Assembly (NCBI GenBank): GCA_951406725.2
Contig: OX597831.1
Span: 49,600,001 to 49,664,000 of the forward strand
DNA length: 64,000 bases
Reading direction: 5' to 3'
Origin: Octopus vulgaris
Lineage: Eukaryota
The notes below the pieces were generated by a model that saw only the letters and a list, made by a program, of their open reading frames with translations, was not told the DNA's origin and searched no databases. Numbering within the stretch: position 1 is the first letter of the stretch; each line of letters opens with the position of its first letter. Of the stretch, positions 27,343 through 41,289 are shown piece by piece. Made by a program: the position numbers and the translations under genes.

Positions 27343-28197
27343 CGAGGTCTAGTCAATAAGTATCCGAAGTGTTGCCATAGTAACGAAGCTAAAATACGCA
27401 GAGTAAGGCAGCTAGGTAAAGTTTGACCTTGAACGTTGCTGTGCATGCACACTAAGTTTTAGCGTTCTAGCTCATTTCTGCTGTTTACAACAGTGCTTGG
27501 AAGGAAGAGGTGTAGCGTGTGATTATCTCATTAACCATGATAAGGTTGTGATGGAGATATCTGCTCAGAGGCCTGCGCATAGTTGCAGAAAGTGTATGAG
27601 CCACACACAAGTGTACGAGTAGTTCAGGATGTCGATATTGACGAACGTTCTGGGAGACCCGCAACCAGCAGAACTGAGAAAAACATCGATGTGCGTGCAA
27701 ACTGTGAGGGGAAGTCGTCGAATCCCCATCGGTGAGTTATCAGAGCATGTGCAGATTAGGTACGGTTCAGTTCAGTCCATTATCACAGAAGATTTGGATA
27801 CGAGACGCATGTCTGCCAAGTTTGCATCAAACTTGCTTTCAGCTGACGAAAAAGACATTCGGGTTTCACTTGCACAAGATCTTCTTGATTTTGTCGAGAA
27901 CGATGAAAACTTTTTGAAAACTTTGCGTAGGCCTCTGAGCAGGTACTGCCAAGCTTTTGGCAAAATTTGATGTAGATTCTCTGTTCAACTTTGTCATTGT
28001 CAATGCGACGATCACACGCTACACACGTTTCTTCCAAGCACTGCTGTAAACAGCGGAAGTGAGCTAGAATGTTAAATCTTAGTGCGCATGCACAGCAGAT
28101 TTCAGAGTTCAAGGTCAATATATGCCAAACGGCTTTACTCTGCACGCTTTGGCTTCGTTACTATGGCAACAGTCCGTATACTTATTGATCATACCTG
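27343..28197 (+). mobile_element. Non-autonomous mariner derivative with ~250-bp inverted arms
   Basis: TA|CGAGGTCTAGTCAATAAGTATCCG start, inverted end; centre encodes transposase HTH (RRIPIGELSEHVQIRYGSVQSIITEDLDTRRMSAKF); right arm encodes EQRIYIKFCQKLG on the minus strand. Confidence 0.85.
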
Positions 28198-29339
28198 ACT
28201 TTACTTGGTATGATGATTTCGGTGGAGATTTGACCTGAAGACGTAAAGAATTTTAACTAAATACTCTTAAGAATTTAATCCAGCAAACTACAACTTATGG
28301 GCAACAATAACCAGTGGAGAGAAGAAGCGGTAGAACGTCATCAAAAACCAAATATGTGGATGGCAGATTTTATGTGACCAGGCGTACTTGATGGAGGTGT
28401 TTATTGCGTGACGCGATGTTGTGAAATTTAATTTCTTCTTCTGTAAATGTACGAGCAGCTCAAGTGGTGAAGGTGACCTCTGCATGTAATCGATCAACTA
28501 ATGCTAGAATTTCACCACTTTCGTATTATGTGTTTGTAACCTCGTCCTACATCGAAACAACACATCAACGGAGTAATTAATATTTCATCTCGAAAATAAA
28601 AGTTTCTGTTATTGATATTTTTCAATAATTTCAGATTGTAACACCTGAAAAGTTATACTTGATCGAATATCTGCAATTGGTATTGATATTCCAGATTAAT
28701 CCTATAATTAAGTTTTAATCTCCAATGGCATTTTTATGGTCATTGGACGCATGGTTATCTTAAAAGGAGACAAACTTCTTTTCACATTTCAAACTCGGTG
28801 ATTAAAAACAAACAAAAGTAGAACTTATAACACAAAGAAATCCTAACGGATAAGATTGATTTATTTCTATCAGATGTTATTGCATTTAATAGCTAAGATA
28901 TATGATGCAGAAGCTTAAATTGAGTTTCTGAATGGCGTAGCAGATGAAAGACTTTTCTCACTGAACATGAGTTGTTCTATCGTGGGTAGCTCTTCACATG
29001 GGAGGAATTTATACTAACATTTGGAAAAGAACGAAATTTAGGTTAATTCCTCAGTCATACCACAATTTAAGGAAGCCAATTGCGCCTACTTAAAGACAAG
29101 GGGGCCCGGCAATGGGGAAAGACATGGTGCTGGAGGCAAGATGATAAACGAAACTAGCAACTTTCACACAGACTTGAGTGCACAATTACCTTTGAGGTTC
29201 CTCCACCCATACGTTTCCATAAACTTGTTCCATCTACACTGTTTTCTCCCTGTTTCTTATAGGCTTGATCAGAGGAGAAAGGTATCTAATGATTAGGGTG
29301 TAGAAAAGTCGGTGTCAGCCCGTACATCGAACGGAGGGG

Positions 29340-29925
29340 TCATGAATATACAACATGCTTATGCCTAAAAAACAGGGAAAAAAACGTCATCTAACCCTCT
29401 TGAATTATCAGTAAAACTCCGAGCCCGGAGCCTAAAATCATGTTCCACATTGCTAAATTTTACTGTCTTGATTGCTTGAAGGAAGTAAGTCAGAAATTTT
29501 TCTCACCTGCTGAAAGTATACCTAAACAATGATAGGGCTACATATTCAACGCCGGCTTTTCTCTTTAGGCCCCACACATATTTCTGCTTTCGCAGCGAGG
29601 GTTGGGGTGGAAGCTGAATATTAATTGCTGGTCTAATGTGGATCATAATAGACTACTGATCCAACTTCTGAAACGACACGATTGCTATGCACATAGACAT
29701 CCTCGAACGCATCCATAAAACAGGACATTTGACTAAATAGCATTAAATCACGTACAAACCCTCTTCCACCTCAGGTCCACAGGTGTCCTTACCCGAAATC
29801 CGATTTTCTCGTACCCCTCTACTCAGATACTGGAATTTACTTCCCCCCTGATGCCTTTTCTGCTGGTGCGATCAACAGCAATCTAACATGTATATTAATG
29901 ACATCAAGCTAATTCATCTTGAAGC
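29340..29925 (+). mobile_element. Possible very old CR1/L2-group LINE remnant
   Basis: Weak translated similarity only (PKK.G...NY; IDILERIH; RYWNLLPPDAF). Confidence 0.3.
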
Positions 29926-29938
29926 AAACTTCTTTACA

Positions 29939-29939
<1 letters not shown>

Positions 29940-29988
<49 letters not shown>

Positions 29989-30334
29989 GTCTGTCTATCT
30001 GTGTGCCTGTCTGTCTGTCTGTGTGTCTATCTGTCTGTCTGTGTGTCTGTCTGTGTGTCAATGTGTCTGTCTATCTGTTTGTGTGTCTGACTGTCTGTGT
30101 GTCTGTCTGTCTGTGTGTCTGTCTGTGTGTCTGTCTGTGTGTCAGTGTGTCTGTCTGTGTGTCTGACTGACTGTGTGTGTGTCTGTCTGTCAGTCAGTCT
30201 GTCTGTGTGCCTATTTATCTCTCTGTCTATATATATATATGTATATATATATATGTATATGCATATATGTATATATGTGAGTATGTGCGTGTGTGTATGC
30301 GTGTGTGCATGAGGCGTGTGCGTCTGCGTGCGCC

Positions 30335-30379
<45 letters not shown>

Positions 30380-30380
30380 C
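29940..30380. repeat. Compound microsatellite (TATC/TGTC/TA/TG)
   Basis: Direct inspection. Confidence 0.9.
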
Positions 30381-30904
30381 AGACAGTATGCTGATGACCG
30401 AAATACTCATGATTAGACATCTGAATAGTTAAGGCTAACCTGGGTAAAAAAAACCGCCGTTAACAACCATAACGACATATTTATCATCAACAGCAACAAG
30501 AACAACAGTAACAATAACAGCAACGACTAAACCAACAACAAGAATAAGAAAAATAGATATTAGACGCAGAAGAGTGAAATGTTTTGGCCTGGGAATCGCA
30601 CTCATATCATGAACATATACAGGTTTCCCTGTTTCATCTCCAGTAAGAGATGAATAAATAAATAAATAAATAAAATATGAATAGAATATAATGTAAAACA
30701 TATAAATATGATTAATAATAATAAAATTCATATTGAATTAAAGCAAGAAAAAAGGAAAAAAAAAAAATTCTGTTGCCACAGATCACATGGAAAGATCTGG
30801 ACAAGATCTGAACAAGAATAAAGAATAAAACATGAACGACGAAATAGTCAAATAGCATAGCATCGTCGTCAACAGCAACAGCAACAACAGTAACAATAAC
30901 AAAG

Positions 30905-30974
30905 GCGACGACGACGACGACGATGACGAAGCAGAAGAGGAGGAGGAGAAGAAGAAGAAGAAGGAGAAGAAGAA

Positions 30975-31007
<33 letters not shown>

Positions 31008-31190
31008 AAAGAAGAAAAAGAAGAAAAAAAAAAGGAGAAGGAGGAGGAGAAGAAGAAGAAGAAGAAGAAGAAGAACAAGAAGAAGAAGAAGAAGAAAAAG
31101 AAAAAGAAGAAGAAGAAGAAGAGGAAGAAGGAGAAGTAGAAGAAGAAGAAAAAAAGAAGAAGAAGAAGAAGAAGAAGAAGAAGGAGGAGG
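30905..31190. repeat. (GAA)n-dominated polypurine tract
   Basis: Direct inspection. Confidence 0.92.
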
Positions 31191-31457
31191 TGCCTTTTCG
31201 CTTAGTCGTAAAGGGCATGCACTGTAGACAAAAGGTGCGCACTGTTGATATGGACAGCATGAGAACGACACCTTTCGCACCGTTGGCGAAATAATTACCA
31301 TTCTTGAAACATCATATTCATACATGGAATAATTTTCTAATGGCAAATCTTGAATCTATTAATCAGTTGAATAGTTTCATTACATGTCCACATTCTGAAA
31401 AACCATAAATACATACATACATACATACATACATACATACATACATACATACATACA

Positions 31458-31488
<31 letters not shown>

Positions 31489-31636
31489 GTATGTATGTGT
31501 GTGTGTGTGTGTGTGTGTACATGTGAATATATATACACATACACACGCACACAAACACCTACACACATATGTAGATATATGTACATGCATATATATATAC
31601 ATACAATACACAAACATGTATACTATTGTATCAAAG

Positions 31637-31688
<52 letters not shown>

Positions 31689-31760
31689 CCTGATAGAGTA
31701 TTATACATGTGTGTGTATGTATTGTATGGATTTAGACGATATATTATATATATATATGTG

Positions 31761-31802
<42 letters not shown>

Positions 31803-31930
31803 ATATATATGTATATATATGTATATATATACGTATATATATATATGTATATATATATAAGCCTTGATACAATATTATATGTGTTTGTGTATTGTATGGA
31901 TTTATAACGATATATGTATATATATATGTG

Positions 31931-31961
<31 letters not shown>

Positions 31962-32187
31962 GTATATATATGTATATATATATGTATATATATGTATATA
32001 TATGTATATATATGTATATATATATGTATATATATAAGCCTTGATAAAATATTATATGTGTTTGTGTATTGTATGGATTTATAACGATATATGTATATAT
32101 ATATGTGTATATATATATATATGTATATATATATGTATATATATGTATATATATGTATATATATGTATATATATATATGTACATATA

Positions 32188-32257
<70 letters not shown>

Positions 32258-32358
32258 GGAGTAAACACATAAATGTGAAACAAGGTGGAAAAAGAGTACT
32301 CAAATACCAGTGGTAGAGTAATATGCTTTATTTTAAGCAGCAGAAAATTCAACAAAAT

Positions 32359-32396
32359 CTGTTACTCTGAGTTTCTCGTTGCCGTTCATCAGACAG
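32359..32396 (-). ncRNA. Type I minimal hammerhead ribozyme (mirror copy)
   Basis: Exact reverse complement of 32413-32450. Confidence 0.75.
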
Positions 32397-32412
32397 TTTT
32401 TGCTAGCAAAAA

Positions 32413-32450
32413 CTGTCTGATGAACGGCAACGAGAAACTCAGAGTAACAG
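32413..32450 (+). ncRNA. Type I minimal hammerhead ribozyme
   Basis: CTGT-CTGATGA-A-CG(GCAA)CG-A-GAAACTCAGAGTA-ACAG: 4-bp stem I CTGT/ACAG, GNRA-capped stem II, stem III ACTC/GAGT, GUA cleavage triplet. Confidence 0.75.
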
Positions 32451-32477
32451 ATTTTGTTGAATTTTCTGCTGCTTAAA

Positions 32478-32528
<51 letters not shown>

Positions 32529-32739
32529 CCTTGATATAATATTATACATGTGTTTGTGTATTGTATGTATTTATAACGATATATATACTTCTATATATTT
32601 GTCTATATATATCTGCTTATATATAAACACATATTTCTATTAGAATTATACTAGTATATACTTGCATTTAGCGCGTGTGAGCGCGCGAGCGCGCCCGTGT
32701 ATAAATATATACACTTCTATAAATATGTTTATATATCTA

Positions 32740-32799
<60 letters not shown>

Positions 32800-34137
32800 G
32801 TATCTATGTATGTAACGTATGAAGCGATATGTATGTTAATACACACATAAATAAATACGTATATGTAAATGTGTGTGGGTACGTGCATATGCACAAACAT
32901 ACATGCTTACATACTTCCATTGGTACGTACATACATAGATATATATCGGCAGCTTACAGATTGCAATTGTTAAAAGGATAAGATTCGTACAGTAATTCCT
33001 TTAAAACAGGATAAAAGACGAGCCTCGTTTTGATTTTCTCCTTAAGATGGCTTCTTTCTCCCTTTTATTTCCCTCCAATTTTCTTTAACAAATTAACATG
33101 ATTAGCTTTTCATCCTCCATGCAAGCAGAGAGATGATTTCATTACAGTATCAATGAAAGTAACTACTCAGATTGCAGTGATGTATTGTGTATGGACATTT
33201 TGCAGCACTCACTCATATAAATATGGGCACGCGTACATGCGTAAATACGTACACATACACGTATATTCATGCATACACACACGCACACACACACACACAT
33301 ATATGCAGTTTCAGTGACATATGTGTGCAGGTTTGCGTTTGTGTGTTTGTATGTATATGTGAGTGTTTTTGTTCCGTTACAGTTGAAGAAAAAAAAACGT
33401 ATCCGTGACACAGTTCAGCGTTTCTATTCATTTAGAATTCGTTGATGATTCTGTTGTTATTTTGAGTTTCACTTGCGTGATCGTTCATGCAACATTTGAA
33501 GAATAAATCGGCGTAATTTCAGAGCACCAGATTTGTTAGTCAGTTGCGATTGATCAGTCATAGTCAAGTGGTCGAATATGTATCGATTCAGGAATATCAT
33601 TGTTGCTAACAAGAGAACTGTAGAGTAACGGAACTTACCATGTTCGGACCTGATGCCATGAAGTGATAGCGAAACCGCAGCGCTTATATATCCTATCAGT
33701 AGGCAGTAGACTCTGAGCATACTGAGCTGTGAAGAAAGATTTGTCTCCGATATCGACGACTAGATATTTCTCATCTTTAGATAAGTGGTCTCCCATTATA
33801 CCGGGAATTTATCTATGAAAGAAATCCAGAGTTTCTGGTACCCTTGAATTAGTTTCGATCCGTGAATTCTGTGGTCCCAGAATAAGTGATAAAAGAAAGA
33901 TATGGACGACAGAAATGATAGAATGGTAGATATAATGTTGATTATGTCATTTTCTATTCTAAGCGCGATAAATTACATCAGTGGGACGGAAAGTGTTTTT
34001 TAAACTCGCACGCTTACATAGTTTTACAAAAATCGAAAAAGCTACATTCATATTTTACGGACAAATCCCACCGCTCTAGTATTTGGAAGACATCAAATGA
34101 AACACGTGCTCACATACATGTGTATGATGTGTGTGTA

Positions 34138-34207
<70 letters not shown>

Positions 34208-34266
34208 AACGAGTGTCTGTTTTTATGTACGCACCTTTTTTTTATGTACGTACGTATATATGTATA

Positions 34267-34319
<53 letters not shown>

Positions 34320-37300
34320 GCCCATCCACTCTCAAACGCAGGCACACTTACATACACTCAAAATCTCTATATACGTCTATATAGTTATGTGAATTAACCA
34401 TATATGTTACTACAACTTCAATTGTATATAGGTTTTTCAGAGAGAATTCATTCCTATAAAAACAACAGCAATAATATTACTTTGAAATAGTGAATATTAA
34501 TTTTTTTTATAAAATAATGTTCTGCTGATAACAACGCGTTTCTCCGGATTTTTGATTATTTTCTTCGTTCAATTTGAAATGGGAAATCATTAAACAACCT
34601 GTACAAAGTAATGCTATCTCTCTTCTCTTTGGTTTCATTTATTGAAGTCACGTTAAATATTTTGCCTGAATTCTCACCTGAATTGTTCAAATGTTTTTTT
34701 TTTTCAAAACACTATATTAAATTTTTATAAAGTTCTATTAAAAGATAACTTATCTCATGGAAAACAATATTTTACGGGATTCAGTGGTATCTGGGAACCC
34801 ATTTAAAAAAACACAGAATTAAGTTATATTTATATTTCTGTTCGTTGTTTAATAAATAACTTCAGGTCATACTCTATTGGACAGAGATCTAGAATCTAAA
34901 TTTTTCCTCTCCGTTACCATTTCACCGTTTCTTTCCAGGCATATTGTATTTATGATCGCATTATCTAAAGTATCCTTGATTTATTGAGGCAGAATGATAT
35001 GATCTGAGGAAGATTTGTTTGCTATTCCTACAGCTTGAGTTATCGAAAAGAGTTTTCATTTGCTCGGACAAATTATAGAACCTTAACAACCTAAAAGAAT
35101 TTTTTAATGCTTTCAACTACAAAAGAACCCATTTTGTGTATGAACATCTCTCGGTAAGCCGAATATGCAATCTTAAATTCGATTCCAGGGTGGTTTTAAT
35201 CTAATTCGTTTCTAAGTTTTCGGGGCGTAGTTAGACGGGTTCAGAAAGATGACTTGTTGACACATGACATAAAATCATAGAGAACTTTAAGGGCTATGGA
35301 ATGCTTCTGTTTTAATATTCAAGTTCTGAATCTCCCACTTCAATCAAATTCATAACTTTTCAAACTTGGGTAATAAATAAACGTTAGGACTATCACAGAT
35401 AACTTAAAATATATGGAAACGTGATATAATGTAAACTCTTCACAATATCAATCTATTTGGAACAATCCAGAATACTGAATTATGGCATACAGAACGTACA
35501 TACAGGCAGGGAATTGAGGGAATCATTAATGCGTGGAAAGAAGGGTTCTCACTACTTTTTTTCGACTATACGCTCTGAGTTCAAATCTCGCAGGATTAAC
35601 TTTACTATTCGTCCTTTTATGGTCAATAAAATGCACGAATCCAAGTCCATTGATTAACGGAACTGTATGAACGTCGGACCGGATACATCATGGTATTTAT
35701 TTCAGTTTTTGTTTTTTGCTTCTAAGTTCAAATTCTGCCGTGGTCTAACTGAGTGGTAACTTATCCCATCACCAGATATCAAACCACCAGCTGGTAATTT
35801 GGATTCTCTTGGTAGAGTCCATTCTGCTGCCTGCACCCGGATCAGGTTTCAGATTAGGGGAAATTCTTCTCTCACCTCCCTTTCACCAGTGTTGTGCGTC
35901 CTTTCAGAGATCACGGGAGCTACCTTTGCTTCTGAATAAAAGTTGAAAAAGAATCATTGAAGAACTTGATAGAAGTCACGAAATGGGCTTCATTCTAGAA
36001 AAGAGAATTCTGTCTGGAGAGATTTCTCATTGCCGTTTTAGAAATGAAAGGTAATTACATACATACATACATACATACATACAAGGTCAGTAACTGGTTG
36101 AACTCTTGTCTAAACATCGTGCTGGTAATAATCGTAATATATCTTTTATCTGGCTTAATGTATATAAGATTATTGTATGGAATACCTCTTTTCTTTTTTA
36201 AAAGCAATAGGTTTGAGGTTTTTCGGAAGATTTAACTGCTGTTTCTAGCAGGCTTATTTGACTGATATTTTTGACTTGCGGTATCACATTTGAGATATAT
36301 TAATGTACAGTGATTCCTCTGAATTGAGAGAATAAAGTACAAGCTCAGCTTTAACAAGATTCGAATACGGATTAGTTTAATACGTCACTGGATCATTAGT
36401 TAATAGTCTAACCCACTTGTCATCAACATCTCTTTTCGAAAGAAATGATTTTTCTTCTAACTTCAACTGAATGATAAATGAACGTTATGTGAGATCGCTT
36501 TTAGCATTAAAAGAGAAAAAAAAAACATTTAAAATCTTATATAGAATTAAATAACGGAAACAAACGAATTTTAAAAGAGACTATGAGAGAGAGAGGGAGA
36601 GAGAGAAAATCCTTCGTGTTTATATGCCTCAGTTGCAATAAATTTACATGGAATTATTCCTAATAGTTACATGTGATAAATAGTGCGACATGGCTTCTCA
36701 ATACTATATTTGCTTTACACAATTAATTTTTAACATTCAAATAATGATCACGAATATATTTCCTCTTTGATTTTGTTTTGATGACGAATAGTTTCTTTAT
36801 TAGCTTCAGTCATATTCTTTCAAAATGTCTGTGTGTTATTATTATAGTGTAAATTCATATGCAGTTTAATTGAAACACGCTAACATATGATCTCTTTCTT
36901 GCCTTAATGTACAGACGAAGAAACATCGAATAAAGATATTTTTGCTTCTATAAATTCGATAAATGAATGTTTAATATCTGGTTGTAAATGGGAAGATAAT
37001 GCTAATTAAAATGTGTGAACGATTTGTTTCAGTTCTTTTTTCCCGTTTTTTTCTTCTTCTTTACATCATAGTATTCAAACCACTAGTTTAGAAGAATAGA
37101 GAAGATGGGTTCGAAAAACCGGAAAATCTTTTGATAGCATCGAAATCACATACATCAATGCATCAGTAATTCGGACTTGTCTTTGATCGTTGACTTTTGT
37201 TTTAGATTTTTATTTAAAACACACAAAGACAATATGTCGATAATATCAGTTATAAAGATCACCGCCTTCAAATTATCTCATATATCGTCAAAGCATAGAC

Positions 37301-37954
37301 GAGATTCCACAGAAACACAAGCATGCGCAAATAACATGTGGAGGAGGACGTTCGAAGAGAACGTTTTACTAATTCAAAGGAACTTTATATACATACATAC
37401 GAGAATGTATACATACAAGCATATATATACCTGCATGACTGCATACATGCATATTTATACACATAAATACATATATTTAAAAAAAGAAAAAGGGAATGGA
37501 TATCCGTTACTTTCAAAGATGTTTATTTAGTTGTTCGGACAACTGAAGTGATCCACTCAATAAATTACTGTATAAATTTCAGATTATTGCTATCTTCCGG
37601 CGTGCAAATCGAAGTAATATATAGTGGAAAGAGTGTAGCCTAAACATTAAAACATCGTCACTATATTTCGAAGTCATGCTATTTTTCAAAGGGAAAATTT
37701 TGGCCCCAAAAGTCGTCTTGTTGTATAAGTCGATTAACTTCTTTTTATTTGTCAGTGCAATTTGATTAGAAATGTTCGACTTTATGCTGGGGAATACGAT
37801 ATTTCATAGACAAATGTGAGCTCTAAATAATTTCCAGGTAGAATTCGTTTCACACAGTGGGTGTTAATGCTAGACTTCAATAATTACAATTCTTATCCGA
37901 TGAGATTCTACTCAATATAAGTGTAGATTTGTTTGCTCAGAGACTCAAGTAAAG

Positions 37955-38201
37955 CTCTCTTGCTCTCTTTTACACTTTTACTCTTTTACTTGTTTCAGTC
38001 AGTTGACTGTGGCCATGCTGGAGCAACCGCCTTTAGTCAAGCAAATCGATCCCAGGACTTATTCTTTGTAAGCCTAGTACTTATTCTACCGGTATCTTTT
38101 GCCGAACCGCTAAGTTACGGGGACGTAACCACACTAGCATCGTTTGTTAAGCGATGTTGGGGGGGGGGGGGGGGCAAACACAGACACACAAACACACACA
38201 A

Positions 38202-38237
<36 letters not shown>

Positions 38238-38447
38238 TTATATACATATACATATATACATATATATATATATATACATATATATACGACGGGCTTCTTT
38301 CAGTTTGCGTCTACCAATTCCATTCACAAGGTTATGGTCGACCCGAGGCTATAGTAGAAGACACTTGCCCAAGGTGCCACGCAGTGGGACTTAACCCGGA
38401 ACCATATGGTTCGTAAGTAAGCTACTTACCACACAGCCACTCCTACG
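37955..38447 (-). mobile_element. SINE family A, full length
   Basis: Homology to the 2021 copy. Confidence 0.9.
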
Positions 38448-38557
38448 CTCTAGATAACTTTCATGATTATGAAACGAACTTCTGATTCATTCGGCTTTCT
38501 GAGATTCTGGGACAATATATACATATTTAAAAATGCATGCATAAAAACATACAAGCG

Positions 38558-38626
<69 letters not shown>

Positions 38627-38639
38627 TGAGAGAGTGAGA

Positions 38640-38857
38640 CTTTTCTTTCCACGGATAAACCTAATCTGTTTCCCCTTTTTATATTACGACATTTCTGTGA
38701 TACACGATCCAATTGATCGGCCTTTTTTTCTTCTTTTCAAGATCCCTTTTGGTCGAAATTCGACCCACCTTTTTTTCTCTTCTTCTTCTCAAAAAGAAAA
38801 GCTCTACGTTGTATTTTGTTCCATCTGTGTTCAGCCCTTTGTGGCCAATAAAGAAAA
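38640..38857 (+). mobile_element. 3' UTR-only copy of the Tx1-like LINE
   Basis: Aligns with 10065-10311 (CGGATAAACCT...GTGATACACGATCC...CAGCCCTTTGTGGCCAATAAAGAAA); followed by (TATC)n. Confidence 0.85.
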
Positions 38858-38858
38858 A

Positions 38859-38903
<45 letters not shown>

Positions 38904-39669
38904 GTCTGTGTGTCTGATTGTCTGTCTATCTATATATCTCTCCGTCTGTTTACCTACCTACCTACCTACCTACCTACCTACCTACCTACCTACCTACCTA
39001 CCTACCTACCTACCTACCTACCTACCTACCTACATACATACATACCTACCTACCTACCTACATACCTACCTACCTACCTACCTACCTACCTACTTAGCTA
39101 CCAACTACATATTTATCGAGACGTTTCAAGCGGCACCATTTAATTGAACAATGCAATCATTACATCAGTTGAAACGGTCGTACTGCATCACTATCCTGTT
39201 GCTTATTTTGATTTTATCCGGTATTACCTGTAGAGCTCCAAGTAAGGTGAATAATATCAAAATAAGCAACAGGATATCAATTACATCAATATAAATGCAA
39301 TACTACAGATATTCATTCAATCATACTCGCTTAATTATATGTATAATTCCTCTACTTATTCAGCGATATAATTATTTGTTTATTGCAGTCATGTAGCATT
39401 CGCTAATTAATAAAGAAATAGCTCAACGCGTTCTGCCGTTATTTAACACAATAGTGAATTGATTTCGGATGACTTCGTTGTGGTTCTTTCCAATGGACGA
39501 ATCTTTGCTCAGTAGACTAAGTTTTACAAGTTTGGGGTCAAAATGTTCAATCGATTGCTTGCAGCTTATGATTAGACGAAGTTCATTATTATCTATCGTA
39601 AAACTCACGCTGTTTTGATCCAAATTAGTTTCTCGTCACTCTATAGATCATCATGTATGGATGTATGCG

Positions 39670-39939
39670 CCCTTGCCAGGCTCCTGTGTGGCGTATGTTT
39701 TCCCCCCAGCTGGACGGGACGCCAGTCCATCGCAGCGTTACTTAAGAAACAGGAAGAAAGAGTGAGAGAAAGTTAGGGCGAAATAGTGCAACAGGGGTCG
39801 CCACCACCCCCTGCCGGAGCCTCGTGGAGCTTTAGGTGTTTTCGCTCAATAAACACACACAACGCCCGGTCTGGGAATCGAAACCGCGATCTTCCGACCG
39901 CGAGTCCGCTGCCCTAACCACTGGGCCATTGCGCCTCCA
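39670..39939 (-). mobile_element. SINE, R-type head with 'GCGATGGACTGGCGTCCCGTCCAGCTGGGG' tail
   Basis: Head nearly identical to 47955-48334; tail shared with 3729. Confidence 0.85.
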
Positions 39940-40998
39940 TATAGATCGTCATGGTAATATGCTATTTGAATATGTTTTGAAGACAGCAACAGAAATTCCA
40001 TTTCACAAGCTTATCATATTAGGACATCACGCACACATGCTGAGCTAACATGGTAGCGCCTACATGGTTGCTAAATTTGTCAGAAATGGAAGTCAAGTGT
40101 TCTTCAAATCCTGTCATATACCAATTTGAGTTTTATACTTTATCCTCTGTATTTCAAGTACTGAAAGATGAAAGTCTAAATTTTTCTTTAATGTAAACAT
40201 GAAGTCTCGTCTCTTTTGTTCTTTACGTTGCTTTGTGTATTTCATATTATATACACATCTGTTATGCATAAATTGCAGCTATTATTTTGCCATGTATGGC
40301 TTTGCTTTCTAGACAAAGCTCTGTTTTATAATAACGTCACAGACATATATATCCTTACGTTTCTATGGATATTAGGACAATGATGCCGAGTTGATTTTAT
40401 TCCTGGTTATGAATGAATTCTCTGTTTACAAAATTTGAAGCCTGTTCTATAGAAGCTATTTCATTAGAATGTATTGTATTTTTTGAGCACCAATCCTGTA
40501 AAGCAGCTCTTTTCATTGACATTTTCCATTCAAAAAGCATTTTCTTATGTTTGGACAACTGCATTTTTTTCGGCTTGTATGATGTTTTTGGGATTTTGTT
40601 TAAGGGGAATATTCAAGCCTATTTTATCTATGCGACAATAGCAACAGGTATACAGGTTTATGTATATGCACATATATCTGTATATACACACACACGCACG
40701 CGCACACACGCAAATACGCACTCACATGCACACACACACATGTCTGAATGAGTACGTATATAGAAAAATATATAGATAAGTACACGTATATGTAAGATAT
40801 GTGTACTTACCTATATATATATATCTATATATATACACGTATATGTATAGATAAGTACACGTATATGTGCATGTATCTGTCTACAATACTTTTATCTGCT
40901 TCTCTATGTACCTATGTTTGTATGTATGTATGTATGTATCTATTTATATATCTACCAACCTACCTACCTACCTACGTACCGATCAACATTCCTATATA

Positions 40999-41073
<75 letters not shown>

Positions 41074-41206
41074 GTCTGTCTGTCTGTCTATCTAAATGTC
41101 TGTCTGTTTGTCTGTCTATCTATATATCTACCTGTCTGTTCGTCTACCCACATATCTAAATATCTACTAACCTACCTACCCACCTACCCGCATATCTATC
41201 TATCTT

Positions 41207-41275
<69 letters not shown>

Positions 41276-41289
41276 TTTTCTGCCTATCT

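Larger units (their letters stand above)
32256..32482. mobile_element. PLE-like fold-back: 71-bp unique segment plus a perfect 156-bp palindrome, in (TA)n
   Basis: 32327-32404 is the exact reverse complement of 32405-32482. Confidence 0.8.
31684..32582. repeat. Compound satellite: four ~57-bp units spaced by TA-rich microsatellite
   Basis: AAGCCTTGAT..AATATTAT..TGTGTTTGTGTATTGTATGGATTTATAACGAT at ~31684, 31857, 32034 and 32523. Confidence 0.85.

Noticed and set aside
30385-30412. CTGATGA-CC-GAAA hammerhead-like string
   Set aside because: No stem II and no valid stem III; likely chance
31684-32582. CRISPR-like repeat-spacer pattern
   Set aside because: Spacers are TA microsatellites, the context is eukaryotic, and there are no cas genes
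39860-39939. tRNA gene calls at SINE heads (also 2021, 3729, 48260)
   Set aside because: They run directly into SINE bodies, are multicopy and diverged, and show no convincing acceptor stem
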